Part shown: positions 1 to 10,055 of the stretch, piece after piece
Position numbering within the stretch: the first letter of the stretch is position 1
Layout of the letters: the number at the start of each line of letters is the position of its first letter
NCBI GenBank assembly: GCA_000092065.1
Contig: CP000593.1
Strand: one strand, 5' to 3'
DNA: 64,000 nt
Source of the DNA: Ostreococcus lucimarinus
Lineage: Eukaryota
The notes under the pieces: generated by a model
The model's input: only the letters and a program-made list of their open reading frames with translations
Told to the model about the DNA's origin: nothing
Database searches by the model: none
Position numbers and translations under genes: made by a program

Positions 1-131
1 TCCGAGAGTTTAATAATTTCGTTCGTTCGTCTTAAAACGCTATCGGTATCGACATGCCCGATTTCTACAGACGTAAAATTTGTGTTGTTGTGTCGAAGGG
101 AGTTCAACTTGTTTTTGCTAGTGAGACTCAA

Positions 132-991
132 TTACGCGTCGAGCAACTCGTCATCCTCATCCGGCAACGGCTGCGCCGCCGCATCGGCGAGCTCCTTTTC
201 GTACGCGGCAACCTCGGCCAAGTCCACTTGGACGGTCGGCGGCGCCAACGCCGGGGATTCGGTGAACTGCAACGCCGCGTTCCCGCTCAACTTGCGAGCG
301 AGGTACAAGAACGGCTTTTCAAAGTTGTAGTTGGACTTCGCCGACAACTCGTAGTACTGCAAGTTCTTCTTACGGTGGAACGTGATCGATTTCGCGCGCA
401 CCTGACGGTTGCGCACGTCAACCTTGTTACCGCACAACACGATGGGAATGTCCTCGCACACGCGCGTGATGTCGCGGTGCCACGTCGGCACGTTTTTATA
501 CGTCGTCCTCGACGTCACGTCGAACATGATGATCGCGCACTGCCCGTGGATGTAATACCCATCGCGCAGGCCGCCAAACTTTTCCTGCCCCGCGGTGTCC
601 CAGCAATCGAATCGAATCGGCCCGCAGTTCGTGTGGAAATCCAGCGGGTGCACGCTCACGCCCACCGTCGGCAAATACTTCTTCTCAAACTCCCCCGTCA
701 AGTGTCGCTTCACGAACGTCGTCTTCCCTGTCCTCGCGCGTCCCGCGCGTCGCGTCGCGTCGTCAGTCACCCACGTCCGCGTCTCCCGTCGCCCTCGTCT
801 TCTCCCCGCCGCGTCCCGCGCGTCCCGTCGCCCTCGTTTTCCGTTTCCGATGCGCAGATTCGGATTCGCGTCGTTCGATCGCGTTCGGCCCTCATCCGCG
901 CTCGCGTCGCGTCGCGTCGCGCACCCGTCCCGCCGTCGCCGACGAGGATCAGCTTGAACGTCGGCACTTGCCCCTGCGGCGGCGCGGACAT
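132..991 (-). CDS. RAN: Ran GTPase with two exons, 991..925 and 727..132, and a phase-1 intron at 924..728
   Basis: Exon 1 encodes [22 protein letters not shown] and the first G of the next codon; the ATG is at 991..989. Exon 2 starts at GG AAG ACG ACG TTC and reads through [40 protein letters not shown] and [19 protein letters not shown] to the stop at 132. The donor is GTGCGC, the acceptor is CAG, and a CTGAC branch point lies about 40 nt upstream of the acceptor. Confidence 0.9.
728..924 (-). other. Spliceosomal intron of Ran (197 nt)
   Basis: Required to join the two Ran ORF fragments (ORFs 767..1078 and 132..1076) in phase. It has GT..AG ends and a CTGAC branch-like motif. Confidence 0.8.
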
Positions 992-1171
992 CGCGTCGAT
1001 CTCGGCGCGTCGCGCTCTCGCGCATGCCGTCGGCGCGCGCCCTAGGGCGCCCGCTGTTTTTGAATAGAGCACACACACGGTGCTTTATCCACTCTTTATA
1101 CGTACTTCAAACACGTATACTACATCAACCAAGCTCTATATGAAAAGGATCTCAAACCCGGATCGGAACGA
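992..1171. promoter_or_regulatory. Divergent intergenic region between Ran (-) and the starch synthase (+), with a local AT-rich island around 1077-1160
   Basis: It is the only AT-rich stretch in this region and holds a TATA-like tatatgaaaagg element. The two start codons lie 180 bp apart. Confidence 0.4.
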
Positions 1172-3346
1172 GTGGCCCAGCGCGCGCGCGACCGCGGCGC
1201 GCACACCCCGACGCCGCGGCGACGCGACGACGCGATGGCGAGCGCGCGAGGCGCGACGACGGCGACGCGCTCGCGCGGCGTCGCGACCGCGACGCGCGTC
1301 GCGACGCGACGACGACGCGCGACGCGGGCGAACGCGACGAACGACGCGCGCGATGGGTCGAGCAAAGCGGCGCTCGCGGCGAAGATCGCGGCGCTCAGGG
1401 CGGAGAACGAGGCGATCAAGGCGCGGATGACGACGCGAGGCGCGGAGGGAAGCGGCGCGGCGCGCGAGGGGCGCGGGGGGGGGGTAGCGACGATGCGGGG
1501 GGAGACGAAGGCGGAGGCGAGGACGACGGCGAAGGCGGAGGCGGAGGCGTTCGCGGGCGATCTTCCGAGCGCGTACGAGGGGGAATCGGAATACGGCGCG
1601 AAGGCGAAGGCGGCGGCGGCGAAGAAGGCGATGGGGGGGGAGGAGACGGAGGCGACGACGGCGACGACGGCGACGACGGATACCGCCATGTTCGCGGAGG
1701 CGTTACCGCCGCCGACGACGACGGCGCCGACGACGGCGCGACCGCCGGTGGAGAAGACGGATAATCCGATGCAAATCGTGTTCGTGTCGAGCGAGGTGGC
1801 GCCGTGGTCGAAGACTGGGGGGCTAGCGGACGTGTGCGGTTCTTTGCCGCAGGCGCTCGTCGCGCGCGGGCACCGCGTCATGGTCATCGCGCCCAAGTAT
1901 CAAAACGGCTCAAAGTCGGACGTTTTGTACGAAGGCGCGTTCGATACGTGCGTCAAGGCGAAGCTCGGATGCTTCGGTGGCGAACAAGAGGTGGGTTACT
2001 TTCATCAAATGAAGAACGGCGTCGATTACGTCTTCGTCGATCATCCGTCGTTCCACCGCAAGGGTGGACTGTACGGAGATTCGTACGGCGTGTACGGCGA
2101 CAACCAGTTCAGATTCACTTTGTTGTCCCACGCCGCGTGCGAAGCGCCGCTTCAGTTGCCATTCGCGGAGTGCGGTGGTTATTACGGACAAGACGTCGTC
2201 TTCGTCGCCAACGACTGGCACGCCGGTTTGGTACCGACTTTGGTGGCGTCCAAATACCGTCCTCACGGCGTCTACAAGGATGCGCGCACGATTTGCGCCA
2301 TTCACAACATTTTGCACCAAGGCGCGGAACCGTCGACGACGTTCCCGAACCTCGGCGTGCCGAACGAGTGGTACGGCGCGCTCGAGTACCAGTACCCCGA
2401 GCACATGCGCGCGCACGAACTCGATGAGGGTAGAGTGGTGAACATTTTGAAGGGTGCGATCGCGACGTCCGACCGCGTGTTGACCGTCTCTCAAGGGTAT
2501 GCGTACGAAATCACCACCCCAGAAGGTGGTCAGGGCATGGAAGGTTTGCTCTTGAGTCGCCAAAACCGCTTGGACGGCATCGCGAACGGCATAGACATGG
2601 ATGAGTGGAATCCGGAGGCGGATGCGGATTGTGCGGCGGCCTTTACGGTGACGGACATGTCCGGAAAGCTCGAGTGCAAACGCGCGCTGCAGAAGGAACT
2701 GGGCTTGCCGCAACGTGACGACGTGCCATTGATGGGCTTCATCGGACGTTTGGATTGGCAAAAGGGTCCGGATTTGCTCCAGAACGCGCTCCACGACATG
2801 ATGCGCGAGGACGTCCAGGTGGTGATGCTCGGCAGCGGTTTGCCCGAGCTCGAAGACTTCATGCGTTGGGCCGAGAGCACGTACCCGGACAAGTTCCGCG
2901 GTTGGGTCGGTTTCTCCGTTCCCATGGCGCACCGCATTACCGCTGGTTGCGACATTTTGCTCATGCCTTCGCGCTTCGAGCCGTGTGGCTTGAATCAACT
3001 CTACGCCATGCGTTACGGTACGTTGCCCATCGCGCACGCCACGGGCGGTTTGAAGGACACCATCACCGCGTACAACGCGTTCGGCGACGCCGACAAGGTG
3101 TTGGCGGGCACGGCCGATTACAATCAGGGCGAAGGCGTCGGCACGGGTTGGTTGTTCAAAGACATGAACGCCGATGCTCTGATGTGGGCCGTTCGTTCGG
3201 CGTGCGACGTGTATCGCTCCGAACCGAAGATGTGGCGAGCGATGCAAACGCAAGCGATGACGCAAGATTTGTCCTGGGACAACGCCGCGACAAAGTGGGA
3301 AAAGGTTTTCGAGTGGTCTAAGATCGACCCGCCGCACTGCGGTTAG
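1172..3346 (+). CDS. Soluble starch synthase (GT5 ADP-glucose glucosyltransferase), closest to the SSI type, with an N-terminal transit-peptide-like extension
   Basis: Carries the KTGGLADVCGSLPQALVARGHRVMVIAPKY motif and a C-terminal GT1 half (PSRFEPCGLNQLYAMRYGTLPIAHATGGLKDT). The VCGSLP variant favours SSI over SSII or GBSS. The N-terminal region is rich in R, A and T and has a short coiled-coil. Confidence 0.85.
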   Translation: MAQRARDRGAHTPTPRRRDDAMASARGATTATRSRGVATATRVATRRRRATRANATNDARDGSSKAALAAKIAALRAENEAIKARMTTRGAEGSGAAREGRGGGVATMRGETKAEARTTAKAEAEAFAGDLPSAYEGESEYGAKAKAAAAKKAMGGEETEATTATTATTDTAMFAEALPPPTTTAPTTARPPVEKTDNPMQIVFVSSEVAPWSKTGGLADVCGSLPQALVARGHRVMVIAPKYQNGSKSDVLYEGAFDTCVKAKLGCFGGEQEVGYFHQMKNGVDYVFVDHPSFHRKGGLYGDSYGVYGDNQFRFTLLSHAACEAPLQLPFAECGGYYGQDVVFVANDWHAGLVPTLVASKYRPHGVYKDARTICAIHNILHQGAEPSTTFPNLGVPNEWYGALEYQYPEHMRAHELDEGRVVNILKGAIATSDRVLTVSQGYAYEITTPEGGQGMEGLLLSRQNRLDGIANGIDMDEWNPEADADCAAAFTVTDMSGKLECKRALQKELGLPQRDDVPLMGFIGRLDWQKGPDLLQNALHDMMREDVQVVMLGSGLPELEDFMRWAESTYPDKFRGWVGFSVPMAHRITAGCDILLMPSRFEPCGLNQLYAMRYGTLPIAHATGGLKDTITAYNAFGDADKVLAGTADYNQGEGVGTGWLFKDMNADALMWAVRSACDVYRSEPKMWRAMQTQAMTQDLSWDNAATKWEKVFEWSKIDPPHCG

Positions 3347-3403
3347 ATATCCAATTCAGTTTTACAATATTCATGCCGCTATAAATCAACCTACAGTGTT
3401 CCA

Positions 3404-4195
3404 TCACAGCGCGCTCTTTATGACGGCCGCCTCCCCGTCGCGACATCGCGCGTCCCACACCGCGACGCCATCGTCCGCGGCCACCGCGAACTCGGGCTCT
3501 CGACCGTACACTCGTCGCGCGACCTCGATCAAAATCATCGCCGTGAGCCCCCATATCGTGCGCCCCTCGTACTCAAAGTAATGGACGCGCACGGCTGGGC
3601 GCGCCCCGTTCGGCCGCGCCCAGTCGTCGTACCGGTGACGATCCGCGCTCAGAAACATCTCCAGCGGCGCCGTGAACACCTCCGCCACCTCCTCGCGCGA
3701 GATCTCCTCCTCGCGCACGCGAAATCCCTCCCGAACCACCCCCACCACCGGTCGCACGCTCACGCGATGCCTCGACATCACCACCGGCAACCGTCCCACC
3801 ACCTCCACGTCCCTCGGCGTCCGCATCCCGATCTCCTCCCGCGCCTCCCGCGCCGCCGTGCCCGCGTCGCACGCGTCCCGCGCGTCTCGCTTCCCTCCCG
3901 GCAGCGCGATCTCTCCCGCGTGCGATCGCATCGACGTCGCGCGCGTCGTCAGCGTCACGTCCCAACCGTCGTCCCCGCGCGCCGCGAGCGGGACGAGCAC
4001 CGCCGCGCGATCGCTCCCGCGCATTCGCGCGTGCGCCGCCGCGTCGCCGTCGCCGTCGCCGTCGTCGAACAGTCCGCGCAGCGCGTCCGCGCGGCGCGTC
4101 GGCATCGTCGACGCGCCGACGCGTCGCGACGTCGCGACGCATCGTTCCATCCGTCGCGCGCGCCGTCGATCGCGCGCGCGGCGCTTTTGTATCAC
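3404..4195 (-). CDS. Nudix hydrolase of the CoA pyrophosphatase (NUDT7/NUDX15-like) type
   Basis: Has the NuCoA motif LTTRATSMRSHAGEIALPGGK followed by the Nudix box (REAREEIGM). The true start may be an internal Met (M16 or M31). Confidence 0.75.
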   Translation of the reverse strand: MIQKRRARDRRRARRMERCVATSRRVGASTMPTRRADALRGLFDDGDGDGDAAAHARMRGSDRAAVLVPLAARGDDGWDVTLTTRATSMRSHAGEIALPGGKRDARDACDAGTAAREAREEIGMRTPRDVEVVGRLPVVMSRHRVSVRPVVGVVREGFRVREEEISREEVAEVFTAPLEMFLSADRHRYDDWARPNGARPAVRVHYFEYEGRTIWGLTAMILIEVARRVYGREPEFAVAADDGVAVWDARCRDGEAAVIKSAL

Positions 4196-4228
4196 CTTTT
4201 TCGTCGTACACAGTCACCGTTTCGCGCC
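4196..4228. promoter_or_regulatory. Ultra-short (33 bp) divergent intergenic region between the Nudix and SSIII start codons
   Basis: Follows from the two start-codon positions. It implies overlapping 5' UTRs or promoters. Confidence 0.4.
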
Positions 4229-7200
4229 ATGAGTGAAGTCGCGTCGCCGCCGGGTGATGCAAACACCCGGAAGCGCGGATTCGAACGGACGACCACAGCC
4301 ACTCGATCGCGACGCGCGCCATCGCGCGACGCGACGCGACGCGCGTCCAGCGCGCGAGCACGACGCGCGGTGAAACCGCGCGGTGATCCGAACAACCCGC
4401 GGTGCGCGACGCGCGACCGAGCGATCGGTGCGCGGCGTCGACGGCGATCGGCGAAGACGATCGCGGCGGACGGATCGAATCGGTTTTTCGAGACGCGCGC
4501 GCCGCGGGCGATCGAGGCGCGGAAGACGGACGGGATGGCGCGGACGGCGACGCGCGCGGTGAGGACGACGACGACGGGGGGGGGGCGGAGGCGCGGAAGC
4601 GCGGTGAGACGACGCGGGGGGACGCGGGGACGCGCGAGCGCGAACGCGGCGGATGAGACGACGGCGCGCGCGGACGCGGCGGCGGCGGTGCGAGATCTGG
4701 CGAAGACGCAGTTGAACGGCGCGGATGGGCCGAGGGTGTTTACGGTGCCGGCGGTGCCGGTGGCGGGGGCGCCGGTGAGGGTGTTCGCGGACGTGGAGCG
4801 GGCGGACGCGTTGCGGTCGGCGAGCGAGCGCACGCTCGTCGGCGGGTACAACCAGTGGAAGATTGGGTCGTTCGAGAAGGCGATGGAGCGGGTGGAGGGG
4901 ACGAGCTGGGTGTACGTCGACGTTGACGTCGATGAGCGGGCGTACGAAATGTCTTTCGTGTTCAGGGGTGACGGACAGGCGTATGAAAAAGACGAAGGCC
5001 AAGATTTCGTCGCGGCGGTCGACTTCGGGCCGACGCCGGAGGAGTTTGTGGAAATCCTAAAGGTGGTCGCCATGGAAGACGCGGCGCGCGCGGATGCGAA
5101 CGCCATAGTCGACGCTGAAATGGCGTTCGCCCGCGATGGCGTCGCGGGCGTCGGGGCGACGTTTGAAAAGTACGGGCGCCTCATTTGCAAAACCTCCACG
5201 GGGGACGCGGGCGTCGCCGGTAGCACGGAGCGCGTCTTCTGGAACAAGGCACTGAACCCTATTGGCGGTGACGACGCGGAGAAGCTCATCATGCACGTAG
5301 GATTTAACGGTTGGATGCGTGGCGTTGAGGAGAAGTTGACGCTCGTTCGCGCGACGGGCGAAACGAGAGATGAAAATAACGACTGGTGGGTCGCCGACGT
5401 CCCGATTCGTCCTTCGGCGAGCGTGCTCGACTTTGTCATCTCGGACGAGGACGAAATGGCTTGGGACAACAACGAGAACGCGGACTACCGACTCGCCATG
5501 GACGTCACGTCCGACGAGTCCACGTGGGAGGTCTTGCGAGAGCTCACATTCGAAGAAAAACGCGCGGAGGCGCTGCGAGCTTTGGTTGAGGAAAAGCAGC
5601 GCGTCGCCCGCCGCGCGGAGGAGGCCGCGGCGGCCAAGGCGAAGGCTATTGAAGTGGGCTTGAAGCAGCAGGCGTTCATCATTCACACCGAACCGAAAGT
5701 TCCCGAGGTGGGCAAGCCGCTCAAGGTCTTCTACAACAAGAACAACACCCACCTCAACTGGAGCGAAGAAATTTACTTGACTGGCGGCTTCAACCGTTGG
5801 GCGCACGAAACCGCGGTGGCGCCGATGAAAATGACGCCTCCGACTGAGGGCGAAGAATTTTTCTCCGCCACCGTGCCGAGCGTACCGTCTGACGCGTGGA
5901 TGGTCGACTTCGTCTTCAGCAGTGGCGTTGGCGAAGGTGCGCAGTATGATAACAAGGGCGGACGTGACTATCACATCCCGACGCGCGGAAGCGCGGCGAA
6001 AAAGCCGCCTCTGCACGTCGTGCACGTCGCGGTGGAGATGGCACCCATCGCCAAGGTTGGCGGTTTAGCCGACGTCGTCACCGCCATCGGTCGCGCCATT
6101 CAAGATAATGGACACTTAGTGGAAGTCATTCTTCCGAAGTATCAGTTTTTCAACAACTCAGTCTTGCTCGGCGCCAGAGAATACGAAACGCACTTCGATT
6201 GGGCGGGCACGACGATTCGCGTCGAAAAGTGCAAGGTGGAAGGCTTGCAGTGCTTCTTCATCGAGCCGCAAAACGGCATGTTCCAGACCGACTCGGTGTA
6301 CGGTAGAAACGATGATGCTGAGCGTTTCAACTTCTTCTGCAACGCTGCGCTCGAGTTCCTCCTTCGCACGGCTCGTCAGCCGGATATTCTTCACTGCCAC
6401 GACTGGAGTTCGGCAGAAGTCGCGCGAGCTTACTGGGACCACTACCATCACAATGGTTTGACCAAGCCAAAAGTGGCGTTCACGATTCATAACATGAACT
6501 ACGGGCAAGCCAAGCTCGGTGAGGCCGTGCACCACTCACAGATGACGACCACGGTTTCGCCGTCCTATGCGGGTGAAGTCTCGGGCAGCCCGGTGATCGG
6601 AGGCAACGGCGGCAAGTTTACCGGTATTCGTAACGGCATTGATCCCGACATTTGGGACCCCGAAACGGATGCATTCGTGCCGGTCAAGTATAACGCCGAG
6701 AACGCTGAAAAGGGCAAGGCAGCGGCCAGGGCTGAGCTTCGCAGTCGCCTCGGCATGACTGGTTGGGACGACAAGCCCATCGTCGGCGTCGTCTCTCGTC
6801 TCACCGCTCAAAAAGGTGTACACCTGATCAAGCACGCCGCACATCACACCATCAGTCGTGGTGGGCAATTTGTGTTGCTTGGTAGCGCGCCTGATCCCAA
6901 AATTCAAGGAGATTTCAACGGTCTCGCCAATCAACTCGCCGGCGACAACTCTGGTTTCTTCTTCGCGTTTGACGAGCCGTTGTCGCACCTCATGTACGCT
7001 GGTTGCGACATCATCTTGGTCCCGTCTATGTTCGAGCCGTGTGGTTTGACACAGATGATTTCCATGCGCTACGGTGCTGTACCTGTCGTTCGTGCCACTG
7101 GTGGCCTGCGTGACACCGTCTTCGACGTCGATAATGAAAAAGAGCGCGCGGCTTGGGAAATCGCCGGTTCCACCGACTGGGAAAAAGATGGCGACATGAC

Positions 7201-7390
7201 GAACGGCTTTAGCTTCGAAGGGACCGATGAAGGTTCGCTCAACTACGCGCTCGATAGATGCCTCGATGCCTTCTACAACGATCGCGTGTGGTTCCGTTCG
7301 CTTCAAAAGCGTTGCATGCTCCAAGACTGGTCCTGGAACAAGCCCGCGCTCGAGTACGAAGAGTTGTACTTCAAGATGCTCGGGCAATAA
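4229..7390 (+). CDS. Starch synthase III with three N-terminal CBM53 starch-binding modules and a GT5 catalytic domain
   Basis: Carries the KVGGLADVVTAIGRAIQDNGHLVEVILPKY motif (the KVGGL form typical of SSIII/IV). The three CBM53-like modules include LKVFYNKNNTHLNWSEEIYLTGGFNRWAH. The C-terminal half has SMFEPCGLTQMISMRYGAVPVVRATGGLRDT. The six-frame ORF runs from 3581, but its first 216 codons overlap the Nudix gene on the other strand, so the first non-overlapping in-frame ATG at 4229 (MSEVASPP) is taken as the start. Confidence 0.85.
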   Translation: MSEVASPPGDANTRKRGFERTTTATRSRRAPSRDATRRASSARARRAVKPRGDPNNPRCATRDRAIGARRRRRSAKTIAADGSNRFFETRAPRAIEARKTDGMARTATRAVRTTTTGGGRRRGSAVRRRGGTRGRASANAADETTARADAAAAVRDLAKTQLNGADGPRVFTVPAVPVAGAPVRVFADVERADALRSASERTLVGGYNQWKIGSFEKAMERVEGTSWVYVDVDVDERAYEMSFVFRGDGQAYEKDEGQDFVAAVDFGPTPEEFVEILKVVAMEDAARADANAIVDAEMAFARDGVAGVGATFEKYGRLICKTSTGDAGVAGSTERVFWNKALNPIGGDDAEKLIMHVGFNGWMRGVEEKLTLVRATGETRDENNDWWVADVPIRPSASVLDFVISDEDEMAWDNNENADYRLAMDVTSDESTWEVLRELTFEEKRAEALRALVEEKQRVARRAEEAAAAKAKAIEVGLKQQAFIIHTEPKVPEVGKPLKVFYNKNNTHLNWSEEIYLTGGFNRWAHETAVAPMKMTPPTEGEEFFSATVPSVPSDAWMVDFVFSSGVGEGAQYDNKGGRDYHIPTRGSAAKKPPLHVVHVAVEMAPIAKVGGLADVVTAIGRAIQDNGHLVEVILPKYQFFNNSVLLGAREYETHFDWAGTTIRVEKCKVEGLQCFFIEPQNGMFQTDSVYGRNDDAERFNFFCNAALEFLLRTARQPDILHCHDWSSAEVARAYWDHYHHNGLTKPKVAFTIHNMNYGQAKLGEAVHHSQMTTTVSPSYAGEVSGSPVIGGNGGKFTGIRNGIDPDIWDPETDAFVPVKYNAENAEKGKAAARAELRSRLGMTGWDDKPIVGVVSRLTAQKGVHLIKHAAHHTISRGGQFVLLGSAPDPKIQGDFNGLANQLAGDNSGFFFAFDEPLSHLMYAGCDIILVPSMFEPCGLTQMISMRYGAVPVVRATGGLRDTVFDVDNEKERAAWEIAGSTDWEKDGDMTNGFSFEGTDEGSLNYALDRCLDAFYNDRVWFRSLQKRCMLQDWSWNKPALEYEELYFKMLGQ

Positions 7391-7583
7391 ATAGTCGCGC
7401 GTCCGAGGGATTGCGCGAGTGCGCGAAAACTTCATCACACACAACCGCTAGCAACGCAAGATTAATTCAAATTCAATCACTGTACGCTATCGACCGATCC
7501 TTCAAGTCGCGCGTTTCGCCTTTCCGTCCCGAGGCGCTATCCTTGGGACAAGATGATGCGTTGACGTCAGACACCCGCCCGCG

Positions 7584-8291
7584 ATGCCCACCGCGCTCGC
7601 CTCGCGCGCTTCCACGTTCATCGGGCGCACGAACGCATCTTTGCGCGCGTCCTCGCACGCGTCAACGTCCACGGCGCGTCGTCCCGCGCCGATTCGAGCC
7701 GATGTTCGTCGTTCGTGGCAAAGCCAAAAATCGCTTCGCATGACTTTACAAGACGAACACGAGCGCCACACGTTCGAGTCGTACCTCTCCGACGGTGAGC
7801 GCGTCATCGGAGTCACGTTTCCCGACGGTCGAAGGCGAGAGAAGCTGGACGAGACGACGTGGCGCGTGCGATTGCTGCCGTTTGAGTTTTTGGGCCAACG
7901 CGTGACGGTGTACGCCACGCTCACGCTCACGCCGCTCGAGGAGGGATTGACGATCGGAGCGAAGGAACTGGAGTTCGTGGGATTACCGAAAGAGATGGAT
8001 TTACAAGGCAAGGTGAAACTCACGATGGAAGGCGCGCTTCGACCGCCGAGGGGTGATAAGACGGTGAACGGAGACGTGACGCTCACGCTCGACGCGGCGG
8101 TGAACGACTTCGTCGCGATGACTCCGGGGTTGGATTTCGTGGTCAACGGCATCAACGATACGGTACTGGCTAATTTACAAGGTTCTATCGAAGACAATCT
8201 GCTCGCTGATTACGCTCGATGGTGGAAGCAATGCCAGAGGTTGGCGGCGGTTCGCGCTTCTCGCGCCGCCGCCGCCGCCGCGACCGAGTGA
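7584..8291 (+). CDS. Conserved hypothetical protein, probably plastid-targeted (an N-terminal stretch rich in S, T and R, then a ~150-aa globular part)
   Basis: Clean ORF between SSIII and the WD40 gene with protein-like composition (TLTLTPLEEGLTIGAKELEFVGLPKEMDLQGKVKL). I recognise no domain with confidence. Confidence 0.45.
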   Translation: MPTALASRASTFIGRTNASLRASSHASTSTARRPAPIRADVRRSWQSQKSLRMTLQDEHERHTFESYLSDGERVIGVTFPDGRRREKLDETTWRVRLLPFEFLGQRVTVYATLTLTPLEEGLTIGAKELEFVGLPKEMDLQGKVKLTMEGALRPPRGDKTVNGDVTLTLDAAVNDFVAMTPGLDFVVNGINDTVLANLQGSIEDNLLADYARWWKQCQRLAAVRASRAAAAAATE

Positions 8292-8506
8292 TCCAACATT
8301 CCACGCTTTGCCCTTCGATTCGCGCCGCGTTCCCTCATTCGCCTCGTCGCGTTGATTTTCACGGTCAAGTTGTTTGTAATTTATGATGCCCTAGCCCACA
8401 TCCACGTCGTTCGCCGTCATCCGAATCTTCGCTCGTCTCGCGCCGCGCTTCGCGCTTCGCGTCCCGCTCCGACGTCGTCGCGCCGCACACTCCGTCGTTC
8501 GTCGCC

Positions 8507-9853
8507 ATGGCCACCTCCGCCCTGGACGACGTCGTCCTCATCGCCAGCGCGGCGAAGGACTCGCACATCGTCGCCTTCGACGCGCGCACGGGCGCCGTCG
8601 TCAAGCAATACGTCGCCAAGGACGGCGCCGCCGCCCTGTGCGTGAGCAACTGCGAAAGAATCATCGCCATCGCGCCCGATAAGCGCGCGATGACGACGCA
8701 CGGCGTCGATAAAGAATCTCTCGAACGCGCCTCCGTGCTGCCCGAGCGGCCGAGCGCGGTGTGCGCGTCGAGAGACGGGGCGTACGTCGCGAGCGGGTCG
8801 GCGAGCGGGACGTGCGCGGTGTGGGAAGCGCGGAGCGGGCGGTTGCTCGCGAGGTTTAAAGCGCACTTTAAGGGCGTGACGACGATGACGTTCACGCCTT
8901 GCGGAAGCGCGCTGGTGACGGGAGGAGAGGATGGGGCGGTGCACGCGTGGAGGGTGAGCGCGCTGTGCGACGACGGCGGCGCGGGGACGCGAGCAAACGC
9001 GTGGAGAAGTTGGACCGAACACGCGCTGGGCGTGAGCGGGGTGACGTGTGGGAGCGTCGCGGGCGCGGGTGGAGACGTGAGCGTGGTTTCGTGCAGCGCC
9101 GATCGGACGTGTAAGATTTATAGCTTGGGGAATGGGACGACGCTTCGGCAGGTGCGATGTCCCACGGCGTTGACGTGCTGCGCGTTGGACGCGTGCGAAG
9201 CCACGCTCTACGCCGGTGGGGTCGATGGACGCGTGTTTGAGATCCCACTTAACGGTGCACCGTCGGTGGCGGCGAGTTTGGACGGCGGCATCGACGCGAG
9301 AGACGGCATGGTGGCGCTCGTCGGGCACTCGAAGAAGCTCGTGAGCGTGCGGTGCTCGAGCGACGGCAACTCCATCATCTCCGCGAGCGAAGACGGTACC
9401 GCGCGCGTGTGGGACGTCGCGTCTCGCCAGACGTTACACATTTTGCGTCATCCCAAGGCGCCCATCAGCGACATTGCTCTCATTCCTCGTTCGCGATACA
9501 GCGGTCAAGGCAGAGGCGATTACGGCGCCGATAGAAAGCGCGCCAAGACTTTGCCCGCGCCGACGTTCAGCAAGTTTCTCATCGGTCCGGGGGATCGAAG
9601 TGGATTGAAACCTTGGCAAGGAACGTCGGTTTCTATCTCCGGCATTTCCAAGAAGCGCGCCGTCGATGCATCTCAAACCGTCGGCCACGACGACGCGCCG
9701 ACGACATCCGGCGCCGTAGACGACGACGCTCGCGCCGCGCTCGCCAAGAAATCCACCGAGCTCGATCGCGCGCGCGCCGAGGTGGAAGAGTGGAAAAAGC
9801 TCTACGGCGACCTTAAGTCCTTAGTCGATCGCCAGCTCGTGGACGCGCCGTGA
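8507..9853 (+). CDS. WD40-repeat protein, WDR18/Ipi3-like, with a C-terminal coiled-coil
   Basis: Has several WD repeats (GSASGTCAVWEARSG, GGEDGAVHAWRV, SADRTCKIY, SASEDGTARVWDV) and a C-terminal coiled-coil (ELDRARAEVEEWKKLYGDLK). The architecture resembles the rixosome subunit WDR18. Confidence 0.7.
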   Translation: MATSALDDVVLIASAAKDSHIVAFDARTGAVVKQYVAKDGAAALCVSNCERIIAIAPDKRAMTTHGVDKESLERASVLPERPSAVCASRDGAYVASGSASGTCAVWEARSGRLLARFKAHFKGVTTMTFTPCGSALVTGGEDGAVHAWRVSALCDDGGAGTRANAWRSWTEHALGVSGVTCGSVAGAGGDVSVVSCSADRTCKIYSLGNGTTLRQVRCPTALTCCALDACEATLYAGGVDGRVFEIPLNGAPSVAASLDGGIDARDGMVALVGHSKKLVSVRCSSDGNSIISASEDGTARVWDVASRQTLHILRHPKAPISDIALIPRSRYSGQGRGDYGADRKRAKTLPAPTFSKFLIGPGDRSGLKPWQGTSVSISGISKKRAVDASQTVGHDDAPTTSGAVDDDARAALAKKSTELDRARAEVEEWKKLYGDLKSLVDRQLVDAP

Positions 9854-10055
9854 CACTGTACTAATATAATCGTAGCCAACGCACAACTTTGTCCCGAAGC
9901 GCGTCAACCAACTCCGCACACGCGCGCGCGTTCGCCCCGCACCCGTCATCGCGCGCGCCTGGCGCAGAAAACACGCGTTTTTGACCGTGACTCGCGCGCG
10001 TCGCGCGAACGGACGCTCAACGCGCGCGTGAGACGGATCGAAAGGCGCCGCCGCC

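Noticed and set aside
3404-4195. Idea that the Nudix gene between the starch synthases is an ADP-glucose pyrophosphatase functionally tied to starch
   Set aside because: The sequence carries the CoA-pyrophosphatase (NuCoA) signature upstream of the Nudix box, not the ADP-sugar pyrophosphatase features. Adjacency alone is insufficient.
4192-5472. 426-codon minus-strand ORF (and 4214..5002, 5057..6025) lying antisense inside the starch synthase III gene
   Set aside because: S/A/R/P low-complexity translation with no domain similarity. In DNA this GC-rich, stop codons are rare in every frame, so long antisense ORFs are expected by chance. The sense strand encodes an unmistakable SSIII.
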